A stretch of DNA of 64,000 bases from Acidobacteriota bacterium (GTDB lineage Bacteria; Acidobacteriota; UBA890; WLXD01), in the NCBI GenBank assembly GCA_965248695.1, contig CBDFKD010000002.1, forward strand, positions 3,968,001 to 4,032,000. Reading direction: 5' to 3'. Shown piece by piece: positions 18,794 to 27,992 of the stretch. The notes under the pieces were generated by a model. It did no database searches, was not told the origin of the DNA, and was given only the letters and a program-made list of their open reading frames with translations. Positions within the stretch are counted from its first letter, which is position 1. Each line of letters opens with the position of its first letter. The position numbers and the translations under genes were made by a program.

Positions 18794-18849
18794 CGAGACC
18801 TGCACGTCGGGGGTCGTTCTTTGACGCCGATGACCGGGTGCAGGTTTCG
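18794..18849. terminator. Long imperfect hairpin between convergent genes (candidate bidirectional terminator)
   Basis: CGAGACCTGCAC (18794-18805) pairs with GTGCAGGTTTCG (18838-18849) with one G-U. Inner arms GTCGG/CCGAT and GTC/GAC. No clear U-tract. Confidence 0.4.
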
Positions 18850-18857
18850 TTAGCTGA

Positions 18858-20480
18858 TCATCTGATCGGGTTGATGCGCTCGATGATGATCGGCGGCTGC
18901 AGGCTTTCGTCCTTGTGGGCCGGGGCTTGATGGATCCGACGGACGACATCCATCCCCGAGACAACCTGCCCGAACGCGCCAAAACCCTGACCGTCGTTGT
19001 TGCGCATTCCACCGAAGTCCAGCGACGGCTGGGCGCCGATACATATGAAGAAGTCGCCGGTGGCCGTATCCGGAGCGCCACGGGCCATGGAGATGGTTCC
19101 GTCGAGGTGTCGCAGACCGGTGTCGCGTGTACGTTCGAGGGGGATGGGCTCGAATCCGCTGTCACCATCCGTGTTCGCGCCCGCCTGGATCACCTCGATG
19201 AGGATGTCGTCGCGGACCTGATTGTCGAGCGTCACGGTGCGGTGAAACTGACCGCCGTCGTAGCGTCCGGCCTCGACGTAACGTAGGAAGTTGGCGACGG
19301 TTCCCGGCGCCCGCGCGTCGTCGAGCTCCAGCTCGAATGCTCCCAGACCGGTCTCGACACGAACCCGCGTTCGCTCGGTCTGCGAAACTGCGTCCGGGGC
19401 CGAGCTCGATAGCTCCGGGCGGTCCATGATTCGGATCCACTCGCGATCGGACCGCAGTGCCTCGAAGCTGGAGTTTTGTGGCAGCCCACCGCTACCGCGT
19501 CGCGCATTGTAGAGATTGATCTCGACCGCCCGGCGAATCGCGTCGAGCGCATCCGTTCGCCGCCCAAGCTTCAGGTACAAGCTCCCCAGTGCTATCCAGA
19601 CGCTGTCCTTGCCCGGGATCTTGTCGCGCAGCTCGATCAGCATCTGCAGGCCGAGCTCCCGGTCACCGGCCTCGAAAGCCTGATTGGCGGTTGCAATCAC
19701 CCCGCGCGATCGACGCACGGTGAGCAGGCGGCGCAGCTCGATCAGCGGTGTGGGGTGGTCGTTGACGCGAAGATCCTCGGCGACATCGGAGTAGTTGGCG
19801 GCGCCGCCGCGCAGTTGGACGATGAACAGGGCAGCGGATTGCTGCCCCCGCCGGTCGCCGCCGGCGGCCTGCGCAGCATCCAGAGCGTCGAGGACGCGAT
19901 CTGCCAGCGGTTTACCGCTCGTCGACTCGAACGACTCGGCCATTCCATCGACCACCCCCGACCCGGTCATGCTGTTGGCCTGGGCACAGTAGTCGACACC
20001 ACATCGATGCCCTTTCCAGGCCTCCTGCGGATCGTCTCGAGGGTGTGCGTAGACGTCGAGGCCCACGGGGCCGCCTCCGGTGAACGCGGCGGTGCGCCCC
20101 TGGAAGTCGAGAATCGCCACCTGCCGGCGCGCGCTCGCCTCGTCGCTGCGTACCAGCTGCGCCATGATCTCCTGCGGGTGCAGGCCGGCCATGAGCATCT
20201 CCATTCCGATCCTGCCGTAGAACGGATTGGACGACATCTGATGCACGATCACCCCGACGCCACCTCGGAACGACGATCCGTTGCGCCCCACGGCCAGGAC
20301 CCTGCTCGCCACACCGATCCCGAGCTCGCCGGTTCCCGGGTCGCGAACGATGATCGAGTAGGTGCTCAGGTAGTCGGGGTCGAAGTCGGTACTGGTCGGG
20401 TCGTAGACATAGTCCTGCGCGCCCGCCGCCACGGCGGAGCACAGGAACAAGGTGCACACGAGCGCTGACGTGCGGAGCAT
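18858..20480 (-). CDS. Secreted DUF1028 (Ntn-hydrolase-like) + TPR + cyclophilin-type PPIase fusion
   Basis: DUF1028 motifs TYSIIVRDPGTGELGIGVAS, RQVAILD, AGGDRRGQQSAAL and DLRVNDHPTP..EL.RL. TPR-like WIALGSLY...DALDAIRRAV. Cyclophilin motifs APGTVANFLRYV, YDGGQFHR, IQAG, GTISMAR, DFFICI and FGQVVSGMDVV. Confidence 0.85.
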   Translation of the reverse strand: MLRTSALVCTLFLCSAVAAGAQDYVYDPTSTDFDPDYLSTYSIIVRDPGTGELGIGVASRVLAVGRNGSSFRGGVGVIVHQMSSNPFYGRIGMEMLMAGLHPQEIMAQLVRSDEASARRQVAILDFQGRTAAFTGGGPVGLDVYAHPRDDPQEAWKGHRCGVDYCAQANSMTGSGVVDGMAESFESTSGKPLADRVLDALDAAQAAGGDRRGQQSAALFIVQLRGGAANYSDVAEDLRVNDHPTPLIELRRLLTVRRSRGVIATANQAFEAGDRELGLQMLIELRDKIPGKDSVWIALGSLYLKLGRRTDALDAIRRAVEINLYNARRGSGGLPQNSSFEALRSDREWIRIMDRPELSSSAPDAVSQTERTRVRVETGLGAFELELDDARAPGTVANFLRYVEAGRYDGGQFHRTVTLDNQVRDDILIEVIQAGANTDGDSGFEPIPLERTRDTGLRHLDGTISMARGAPDTATGDFFICIGAQPSLDFGGMRNNDGQGFGAFGQVVSGMDVVRRIHQAPAHKDESLQPPIIIERINPIR

Positions 20481-20559
20481 GGTTACCCCCTTGATACGCG
20501 GAGTGGCCGTCAATCACGTGTAGTACGACTTGCGGCCGGAGTTCAACCGGCTTGGCGGC

Positions 20560-22191
20560 CTAGAGCGCTGCGGGAGGCGCCGCCAGCGGTACGCCGACGC
20601 CGCCACCGGCGAGGCTTCCCGGCTGAACTGTCGCGGTGGTGGTGGTGGTGCCGCCGCTCAGCTTGTTGAGGTAAGCGTTCGGCTCGTGATCCAGCGCCCC
20701 GGCCGGCAGGTGTTCCCAGAGTGGGCCCAGCTCGCTGCGCACGCGGTTGACGAAGAACTCCGGGATCACATCGGTCTCGCGTTCATAGAACGCTCGCAAC
20801 GGGCGGTCTTCGCGTAGCCGTCGCCGGAGCTCGGTGTAGTAACGGATGCGCCCATATCCTTCCGATGAGACCGCCCGCACGACGTTCATCCAGGTTGCGA
20901 AGCCGCGCTGCGAGGCGCGCGCCCGGCGGGCGATGCGCCGCGGCGAAAACGTGTAGCGGGTCAGGTCGATGACTCGGTCGTAGAAGTCGCCCCACTCGTA
21001 GTTGATCGGCTTGACGTTCATCGCGTGGTTGTTGTTGAGGAAGTGGAACGGGAAGGCGAGCACGCGTCCGGCGCGTTGCAGGTCGAGGTTCAGTGGTGCC
21101 GCCTCGCCGAAGGCAGACAGCAACGAGTACCCGGGGAACGCCCCCGGCGAGCGATCTATGAAGCGTTTGGTGAGCTCGAACGGCTCGGCGCCCGCGTCGC
21201 CGTCGAGTCCGAGCACAAAGTTGGCCTGCACGTAGGGGATGTGATCCATGATCAGGTTCACGTGTTCGGAAACGTGGCGCACCTTGTCCATCCCGGATTT
21301 GAGCCCGGTGCGCGACTTGCCGCCGAGGTCGTACCAGGATTCGACGCCGGGGAGCATGGCCTTGAATCCGGCGTCGCGCAATCGTCGCAGATTCGGTTCC
21401 GACAGCAGTGCGAGGCTGCTCTCGGCGGCGAAACGAATTGTCCCGGGGGGGACGGCCTCTTCGATCGTCGTCAGATAGTCGTCGAACCGCACGCCGAAGT
21501 TCGGATCGTGCCAGCCTACGCACGGCTTGGGCATCACCTTCGTCAGGAAGCGTAGGTCGTCGCGTATCTGCTCGAAGTCGAGCGGCTGGTAGTCGACCTC
21601 GGCGTCGATGCAGAAGCTGCAGGTGTAGGGACACCCGACGCTGCCGATCATCGGCACCATCTTGATGCTCGTCGGTACCCGGCGCAGCGTCGACTCGATG
21701 TACTTCCAGCGCTGCCGCACGCTCGGAAGCTCCTGCGGCTGGGTTTTCGCCGCCAGATGGACGCCCATCGGTCGGTGCGGCTGGCAGTCGGAGAGGATCT
21801 CGCCGACGATCTCGCGATCGGTGAAGCCGACGACGTAGTCGAAGTACCGCTGTGCGTCTTCGGGATAGCAGCGTGCGTGTGGTCCGCCGAGCACCGTGAC
21901 CGCGCCGCGGCTGCGGAACAGATTGCTGACCGCGTACGACAGTTGAGCCGCCTGCGAGAACGCCCCGACGAACAGTAGGTCTATGTCGTCCGGCAGCTCC
22001 TCGAGGAGGTCCTCGGCGCCCGTGTAGCAGACCAACTCCACGTCATGTCCGGCCTCCTCGCACCAGACGGCGATCACCTGCGGCATGATGCTCGCGAGGT
22101 TGGCGTTCATCACCCGGGCCCAGAGCGCTTTTGTAGGCGCCTTCGCTACCAGGTCCAGAACGCCGATTCGCAGTCGCCGCAAGTCCACCAT
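20560..22191 (-). CDS. B12-binding-domain radical SAM protein
   Basis: N-terminal cobalamin-binding-like region (VTVLGGPHA); GCPYTCSFC CxxxCxxC; DPNFG, PGVES and FVLGLDGD. Confidence 0.88.
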   Translation of the reverse strand: MVDLRRLRIGVLDLVAKAPTKALWARVMNANLASIMPQVIAVWCEEAGHDVELVCYTGAEDLLEELPDDIDLLFVGAFSQAAQLSYAVSNLFRSRGAVTVLGGPHARCYPEDAQRYFDYVVGFTDREIVGEILSDCQPHRPMGVHLAAKTQPQELPSVRQRWKYIESTLRRVPTSIKMVPMIGSVGCPYTCSFCIDAEVDYQPLDFEQIRDDLRFLTKVMPKPCVGWHDPNFGVRFDDYLTTIEEAVPPGTIRFAAESSLALLSEPNLRRLRDAGFKAMLPGVESWYDLGGKSRTGLKSGMDKVRHVSEHVNLIMDHIPYVQANFVLGLDGDAGAEPFELTKRFIDRSPGAFPGYSLLSAFGEAAPLNLDLQRAGRVLAFPFHFLNNNHAMNVKPINYEWGDFYDRVIDLTRYTFSPRRIARRARASQRGFATWMNVVRAVSSEGYGRIRYYTELRRRLREDRPLRAFYERETDVIPEFFVNRVRSELGPLWEHLPAGALDHEPNAYLNKLSGGTTTTTATVQPGSLAGGGVGVPLAAPPAAL

Positions 22192-22385
22192 CCGTCAGGA
22201 GCGACGTCTGGCTCTGGCTGCCTTTTCGGCCCGGGCCGGGTCGTGTGCAGCGGAGGGCAAGCGCCTGGGGGTCGTCCACGTCGTCAGGCGGTGGACGGAT
22301 GCTGAGTAGGAAGGTGGCCAAATGCTAGGGCACGAGGACACCGGGTTGCAACCTGACCGGTCCGCCTGGCGGCCCCCGTGGTTGA

Positions 22386-23090
22386 CTAGCGATGGTCCGC
22401 GGCGTTGTCCATACGGTCGAGATACGGCGCCACAATTCGCGTCCACAGGTCGTAACCTGCTGCGCTCAGGTGCAGGCCGTCTTCGACGAACAGTACCGGC
22501 CGTGGGGTGCCGTCGGTGCCGAGCATGGGCGTCGCCGTGTCGGCGTAGAACAGCAGCGGGTCCTGGTCCGAAAACCGGCGGATCAGGGCGTTTGCGCGCG
22601 CCATCTCGGGCCATAGCGCCCAGCGACTCAGGCTGGGCTTGATGGGCACGAAGAGCACCGGCGTTGTTGGTAGGGCGTCTCGCACCAGGCCGATGAAAGC
22701 GGCGTAGTGCTCGAACACCTGTTGTGGACTCTTTCCGCCCGCGAGGTCATTGTCGCCCGCATAGAACACGATGGCGCTGGGGGCGTACTTCAACACGATG
22801 CGCGCGGCGAAATGGTTCACATCGGAGATGTGCGAGCCGCCGAAGCCGCGATTCATCACCGCGACGCCCGGGAACCTGTCGGCCGTGGGCCAGAAGCGAA
22901 TGCTGGAGCTGCCGACGAAGAGAACGGGATGCGGAGGGGCGGCGTTCTTCCGGTCCCATTGCTCGAAGGCGTCGATCTCGGTATCGAAACGGCCCGGGTC
23001 CGGGTCGGCCGTCGTTTGTGGCTCCGCGAGCGCAAGCGCCGCGAACCCGGCAGCTAAGAACACGCTGACCAGAACGAGTCGGCGACGCAT
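22386..23090 (-). CDS. SGNH/GDSL hydrolase family protein (secreted)
   Basis: Blocks VGSSS, NRGFGGS, YAGDND and DGLHL; signal peptide MRRRLVLV...ALA. Confidence 0.9.
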   Translation of the reverse strand: MRRRLVLVSVFLAAGFAALALAEPQTTADPDPGRFDTEIDAFEQWDRKNAAPPHPVLFVGSSSIRFWPTADRFPGVAVMNRGFGGSHISDVNHFAARIVLKYAPSAIVFYAGDNDLAGGKSPQQVFEHYAAFIGLVRDALPTTPVLFVPIKPSLSRWALWPEMARANALIRRFSDQDPLLFYADTATPMLGTDGTPRPVLFVEDGLHLSAAGYDLWTRIVAPYLDRMDNAADHR

Positions 23091-23260
23091 GCTTGGTCTC
23101 CTCAACGTCTGCGGTTCTGCCGATGAGCGATGCGGTTGATCATCGCTAGACCAAGATTGTAGCCGTTCACGGGAGCGGCCCCGGTGTCGAGCGCGACGGC
23201 CACTCGAGCGCACCGCGGAGCTTCGACGTAGGCGACGCGTTGGTACAGACTGGCGCCGCC

Positions 23261-24463
23261 ATGATGTCCTCAGAACGACTCTCGCTGCGCTTCTCCAACG
23301 TCGGCCACAGCTTCTCGCATCTGTTCATGCTGCTGTATCCCACCGCGTTGCTCGGTCTGGAAGCGGAGCTGAGCATGAGCTACGCGGAGCTGATCGCGCT
23401 GCTGACGGCAGGCAACGTCCTTTTCGGTCTCGGCGCCTTGCCGGCTGGCTGGCTGGGCGACCGCTGGGACACCCTGCGAATGATGGTGCTGTTCTTCGTC
23501 GGTCTCGGCGCCGCGTCGATTCTCACCGGGCTGATGAGCAGCGCCTTCGGCATCGGGCTCGGGCTTGCCTTGATCGGTCTGTTCGCGTCGATCTACCACC
23601 CGGTCGGGATTGCCTGGTTGGTCCGCAACGCTCCGAGGCCCGGCCGTGTGCTCGGCGTCAACGGAGTCTTCGGCAGCTTCGGCATTGCCTCGGCCAGCTT
23701 GATCTCCGGCCTGCTGACCGATCTGATCAGCTGGCGGGCCGCCTTCATCCTTCCGGGGGTCGTTTCGACTGTCACCGGCCTGTTGCTCTGGCGTCACATT
23801 CGCCACGGCACGATTGTCGCTGGCGAGGGCGACGTCGAGGAGCAAGACTCGGGCCCGCCGACCGCAGGTCGATCCCGCGTTTACCTGGTGCTTGCCGTCG
23901 CGGTGCTGTGCGGCGGCACCATGTTCCAGGCGCTGTCCGTCGTAATGCCCAAGCTGTTTACCGAGAGGCTGCTGCAACCGGGTGGGTTCAACGCCCTGGG
24001 GGCCGGCGGTCTGGTATCGCTCGTGTACCTCATCGCTGCCGCCGCCCAGGTGCTCGGCGGTTATCTCGCCGATCGCCATACGGCCCGCTCAGTCTACGTT
24101 GGCCTGTACGCGATCATCGCACCTTTGTTGCTGGTTGCGGCCGCCATGAGTGGCTACGGCCTGGTCGTGACCCTGGCTGCCGTTGTCTTCCTGCAAACCG
24201 GGGCCATTCCGGTCGAGAACGTCCTACTGGCGCGTCATTCGCCGCCCCAGTGGCGCGGCACGGTCTACGGCGTCAAGTTCGTAATCGCCTTCGGGCTCGC
24301 CTCGGTCGCCGTACCCATGGTGGCAGCGTTGTACAGCTTCACCGGCGGGTTCTTCTGGGTGCTGGTGACCCTGGCAGGGCTCGGCGTGGTTGTGGCGTTC
24401 GTCTGCGCATTCCTGCCGAGCGATGGACGTCCGGCACCAGTGCCGCCGCTGCCGGGCCGGTAG
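23261..24463 (+). CDS. MFS transporter (Fsr-like)
   Basis: About 12 TM segments; GWLGDRW and GGYLADRH motif-A variants; SIYHPVG. Confidence 0.88.
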   Translation: MMSSERLSLRFSNVGHSFSHLFMLLYPTALLGLEAELSMSYAELIALLTAGNVLFGLGALPAGWLGDRWDTLRMMVLFFVGLGAASILTGLMSSAFGIGLGLALIGLFASIYHPVGIAWLVRNAPRPGRVLGVNGVFGSFGIASASLISGLLTDLISWRAAFILPGVVSTVTGLLLWRHIRHGTIVAGEGDVEEQDSGPPTAGRSRVYLVLAVAVLCGGTMFQALSVVMPKLFTERLLQPGGFNALGAGGLVSLVYLIAAAAQVLGGYLADRHTARSVYVGLYAIIAPLLLVAAAMSGYGLVVTLAAVVFLQTGAIPVENVLLARHSPPQWRGTVYGVKFVIAFGLASVAVPMVAALYSFTGGFFWVLVTLAGLGVVVAFVCAFLPSDGRPAPVPPLPGR

Positions 24464-24473
24464 CGTGCTTGGG

Positions 24474-26159
24474 CTACAGGCCCTCGGCCTTGCTACACCG
24501 GCGCGGATCGCCGCAGGCGGTCATCGTGCCCGAGTCTGGTTCGAAGTGGATTCCTTCGAACGAGCCGTGGTAGAGGCTCCAGGGATTGACGATGTCGAAC
24601 TCGATACCCCGTTGCTCGACAGCCTCGCGGACGCGGTGGTCATAGTTCTTTTCGATCGTAATTCCACCGCTGCCTACGGGGCTCCCGTAGCGTGGCCGAT
24701 TTACCGACTCCTCGATCGGCATGGCGAAGTCCATGATGTTGATCGCGTTCTGGAGCATGCATTGCGACAGGCTCCGGCTGGGCGACCCGCCGGCGAGGAA
24801 AGGCGCCCCGTCCTCGAAGACGATCATGCCGCCGGGGCCCACGAGCCCGCGCTCGCCCGGGCTGCCACCGTAGACTCGCAGCGAGCAGAGGTTCACGCCC
24901 TTTACCCATAGGCCGGTCTCGAACGGAGCCTGGTTCGACGAATGCACCAGGCTGGCGACGTTCCCTTGCTCGTCGGCCACGGTCACGGCGCAGGTGTCTT
25001 CGGGCAAGGAGGTGGCTGCTGCGGTTGGCGTTACCTCCTCTGTCTGCAGTTGCTCCAGACGCCGGCGGGCCAGCTCGTCAGCGTCGAGGCTGTGCGGTCT
25101 GAAGTAGTCACCCTCGACGATCGTGAGGCTGCGGATCATCTGGTACATCGTGTCCGCCGATTCCGTCGGCGGGCCCTGCGCCGGGATATCCAGCAGCTCA
25201 AGAACATCCAGGGTCTCGGTGATGACCGGCAGCGCGTACCCGTTGAAATCACGATAGGAGATCGGCAGCGCCCGGACGTCGAATCCACGGTAGCTGCTCG
25301 CAGCAGCCTCTTCGGTCGTCGCCTCGTAGCGCTCCATGTCCTGGCGTGTGACGTCGCGGCCGCCGTTCTGGGAGATACGGCAGAATTCCTCGGCGAAATC
25401 GCCGCGATAGAAGTACTCGTTGCCTTCCTCGGCGAGCTGCTCGAGCGTATGCGCGGCCTCCTCTTGATAGAGCATCGCGCCCGGGCGGGGAATGGCATGG
25501 TCGGGCATGTAGATTCTCAGTCCGGCGTCGGAGCGGCCGATTTTCTCGGACTCCATGAAGATCTCTCCCCAGAGGAACGGGTGGGTCTCGAAGCCGTCTC
25601 GAGCGTAGCGAATGGCCGGAGCCATGAGCTCTTTCTTCGACTTCGTGCCGAAGCGCGAGAGCGCTTCCTCGAAACCGGCCCAGAACCCCGGCACACCGGC
25701 CCCTCCCCAGGCCTCTGGCGCCCCGTCGGTCTCCGGGGCGCCCAGCGGAACGTTGGCACTGCCATCGACATAGATCGTCTTGCCGCTCGCCGCGTCGTAG
25801 TACGTCAACGTCAAGTAACCGGTGACTCCCACCAGGTGTGGCTGGATGACGGTCTGCGTGATGGCGACGCAGAGCGCGGCGTCGCAGGCGTTGCCGCCGG
25901 CTCTCAGGACGTTGACGGCTTCACGCGTGGCGAGCGGATGCGCGGTAATCGCCATGCCCGTCCTGCTCCGCGCCGGGGTCTTGCGGCCGAATTGGGCTTC
26001 AGCGATGAGGTCCTGCCGTTCCCGCTCGCCGATTCTGTCACCGACTTGCGAGGAGGCCGGACCCCGTCTGACGGTTGACTTCGAGAGACCGAGCTCCCCG
26101 ACCCCCGCCACTGCCGCACCGGCGAACGCGTTCCTGAGAAAAGCTCTTCGATCCTGCAT
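24474..26159 (-). CDS. Gamma-glutamyltransferase-family Ntn hydrolase with Tat signal
   Basis: MQDRRAFL; HPLAT...LRAGGNACDAA, GVPG, PAIRYARDGF, FYRGDFA, putative nucleophile EDTCAVTVADEQGN and GDPRR. Confidence 0.85.
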   Translation of the reverse strand: MQDRRAFLRNAFAGAAVAGVGELGLSKSTVRRGPASSQVGDRIGERERQDLIAEAQFGRKTPARSRTGMAITAHPLATREAVNVLRAGGNACDAALCVAITQTVIQPHLVGVTGYLTLTYYDAASGKTIYVDGSANVPLGAPETDGAPEAWGGAGVPGFWAGFEEALSRFGTKSKKELMAPAIRYARDGFETHPFLWGEIFMESEKIGRSDAGLRIYMPDHAIPRPGAMLYQEEAAHTLEQLAEEGNEYFYRGDFAEEFCRISQNGGRDVTRQDMERYEATTEEAAASSYRGFDVRALPISYRDFNGYALPVITETLDVLELLDIPAQGPPTESADTMYQMIRSLTIVEGDYFRPHSLDADELARRRLEQLQTEEVTPTAAATSLPEDTCAVTVADEQGNVASLVHSSNQAPFETGLWVKGVNLCSLRVYGGSPGERGLVGPGGMIVFEDGAPFLAGGSPSRSLSQCMLQNAINIMDFAMPIEESVNRPRYGSPVGSGGITIEKNYDHRVREAVEQRGIEFDIVNPWSLYHGSFEGIHFEPDSGTMTACGDPRRCSKAEGL

Positions 26160-26299
26160 CGGCTTTCTCCCTCCGAGCACAGACACCATCGCTCCACGGC
26201 GCGAGTTTATTCTCTGCAGCGCCAGATCGGTCGTGGGCGCAGTCATCCCGATAGGATCACGGCCCCGATAGAAGCGATCGATGCCGGCGCGCCCTGTCC

Positions 26300-27103
26300 C
26301 TAGAACGGGGACCAGGCAGGGTTGCTGTTGAACACGCCTCGCCCACCATCTGCGACCACGCTGCCGGATGCCGTCAGCCTGATCTGGTTCGTCCCATCGA
26401 TGTTCATGATGTAGATCTCGTAGTTGCCGTTCTGCGGCTCGCCGTCGCGATCCGTCGAGTAGACGATCTGCTTGCTGTCCGGGGTCCAGGTCGGCACCTC
26501 GTCGAGGGCGCGCGTGAACGTCAGCCGTTGCTGGTTCGTGCCGTCGACGGCGTTTGCCAGGTAGATCTCGGGGTCGTCCCGGTCTCGGTCTGCCTCGAAT
26601 GCGATCCACAGCCCGTCCGGCGACCAGGCGAGGAAGTTGTTCACTCGTCCCAGCGGATGGTCCTCGGTCAGCTGGGTCAGGTTGTAGCCCCAGTTGCCCT
26701 CGTCGACGTTCGTTCGCCAAACCTGCGAGCTGCCGCTACGTCCGGAGTCGAATGCGATCATCGATCCGTCGGGCGACCAAGAAGGCCCGCCGTCACGGGC
26801 GGGGTCGATGGTCAGCCGTGTCACCCCTGATCCGTCGGCGTTCATGATGTAGACGTCGGCGTTGTCGTCGCGCGATGACGCGAACGCGATGCGCCCGCCG
26901 TCGGGCGACCACGTCGGGGCGCCATCAAACCCCGGGTTGTGAGTCAGCCGGGTCACGTTGGAGCCGTCCGCATCCATGACGTAGATCTCGGGGTCGCCGT
27001 CCCGGTTCGACACGAAAGCGATCTTGGACGTCGCGCTCTGCGGCGCCGCCAGCTGCATGAGCAGGCCAACGACCGAGGAGAGCAATAGGCAGCGGATGAG
27101 CAT
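26300..27103 (-). CDS. TolB-like PD40 (WD40-like) repeat secreted protein
   Basis: Repeated IAF.S.RDG..EIYVM.ADGS...RLT......P.WSPDG units; signal peptide. Confidence 0.9.
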   Translation of the reverse strand: MLIRCLLLSSVVGLLMQLAAPQSATSKIAFVSNRDGDPEIYVMDADGSNVTRLTHNPGFDGAPTWSPDGGRIAFASSRDDNADVYIMNADGSGVTRLTIDPARDGGPSWSPDGSMIAFDSGRSGSSQVWRTNVDEGNWGYNLTQLTEDHPLGRVNNFLAWSPDGLWIAFEADRDRDDPEIYLANAVDGTNQQRLTFTRALDEVPTWTPDSKQIVYSTDRDGEPQNGNYEIYIMNIDGTNQIRLTASGSVVADGGRGVFNSNPAWSPF

Positions 27104-27170
27104 GGCGATCCGTCCTTCAAGACAAGAGGGGGTGTCCGGACCCGGGTCAGTATGCGAACGAAGTCCCCAT

Positions 27171-27185
27171 ATGAGTAGGACTCAT
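27171..27185. promoter_or_regulatory. Perfect 6-3-6 palindrome ATGAGT-AGG-ACTCAT in a divergent intergenic region (candidate operator)
   Basis: AT-rich inverted repeat in a GC-rich background, between divergent genes. Function is inferred only. Confidence 0.3.
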
Positions 27186-27286
27186 GATCGCCATGTTCAA
27201 CCCAGCGCGGTAGATGGACCCTGGTCGGCGCACCGGGCCGATACGCTGTGTTGGTCCGTTCGAGCTCACCCGGCACGGAGGCTGTC

Positions 27287-27364
27287 ATGAAGAGGGAGAT
27301 CCCGTTCGCCCTGATCCGCTGGGAGATGACCGGTTTGACCGACGAGGTGGACAAGCTCTGGTAG
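27287..27364 (+). CDS. Candidate 25-aa small protein MKREIPFALIRWEMTGLTDEVDKLW
   Basis: GGAGG 5 nt before the ATG; G/C at nearly all third codon positions; lies in an otherwise empty intergenic gap. Confidence 0.35.
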   Translation: MKREIPFALIRWEMTGLTDEVDKLW

Positions 27365-27491
27365 CCAGGGGCAAGGCATAATGTCCGTCGAATCCGAAAG
27401 AAGGAGTGCCCCGATGGGGTCGAGCAACGACTCCACAGACGGGGTTTATGATGCTCGCGGAGTGGAAGAAGCACCTCGCCCAGGAGCATGG

Positions 27492-27992
27492 ATGATGAAC
27501 AACGTCACGCTACGTGTGAACGGCGCCACACACACGGTCGACGTCGACCCGGCGACCCGGCTGCTGTACGTCCTGCGAAACGATCTCGGCCTGCGGGGGC
27601 CGCGGTTCGGGTGTGGGCTCGGCCAGTGCGGAGCGTGCACGGTGATCATCGACGGTGTGGCGACACGGTCGTGTGTCACGCGCGCGTCGCGGGTGAGCGG
27701 CGAGATCACGACGCTCGAGGGTCTTGCCACCAACGGGACACTGGATCCGGTGCAACAGGCCTGGATCGACGAGCAGGTGCCGCAGTGCGGCTTCTGTCAG
27801 AACGGCCAGATCATGACCGCCAAGGCCCTGCTGGATCAGAATCCGAACCCGACCGATGCCGAGATTCGCGACGGGATGGCCCTAGCCCTGTGTCGGTGCA
27901 TGACGTACTACCGGGTCCAGGCGGCGATCAAGCGTGTGGCGCGCGGAGCACAGGCCGGCGAACCGACCGTCGCCGAGGAGGTGCCCCGATGA
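27492..27992 (+). CDS. (2Fe-2S)-binding subunit of a xanthine-oxidase-family enzyme (IorA/CoxS-like)
   Basis: FGCGLGQCGACTV, SC, QCGFCQNG and LCRC; AGGAG RBS. Start is ATG 27492 or 27495. Confidence 0.93.
   Translation: MMNNVTLRVNGATHTVDVDPATRLLYVLRNDLGLRGPRFGCGLGQCGACTVIIDGVATRSCVTRASRVSGEITTLEGLATNGTLDPVQQAWIDEQVPQCGFCQNGQIMTAKALLDQNPNPTDAEIRDGMALALCRCMTYYRVQAAIKRVARGAQAGEPTVAEEVPR

Noticed and set aside
22192-22385. Possible cobalamin riboswitch upstream of the B12 radical SAM gene (hairpin CGTCCAC...GTGGACG)
   Set aside because: The conserved GGGAA, GCCACTG and B12-box elements are not visible. An Rfam search would settle it.
24474-26720. 748-aa ORF suggesting a long N-terminal extension on the GGT
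   Set aside because: The extension is an alternative frame of the PD40 gene. The Tat signal and RBS mark the start at 26159.
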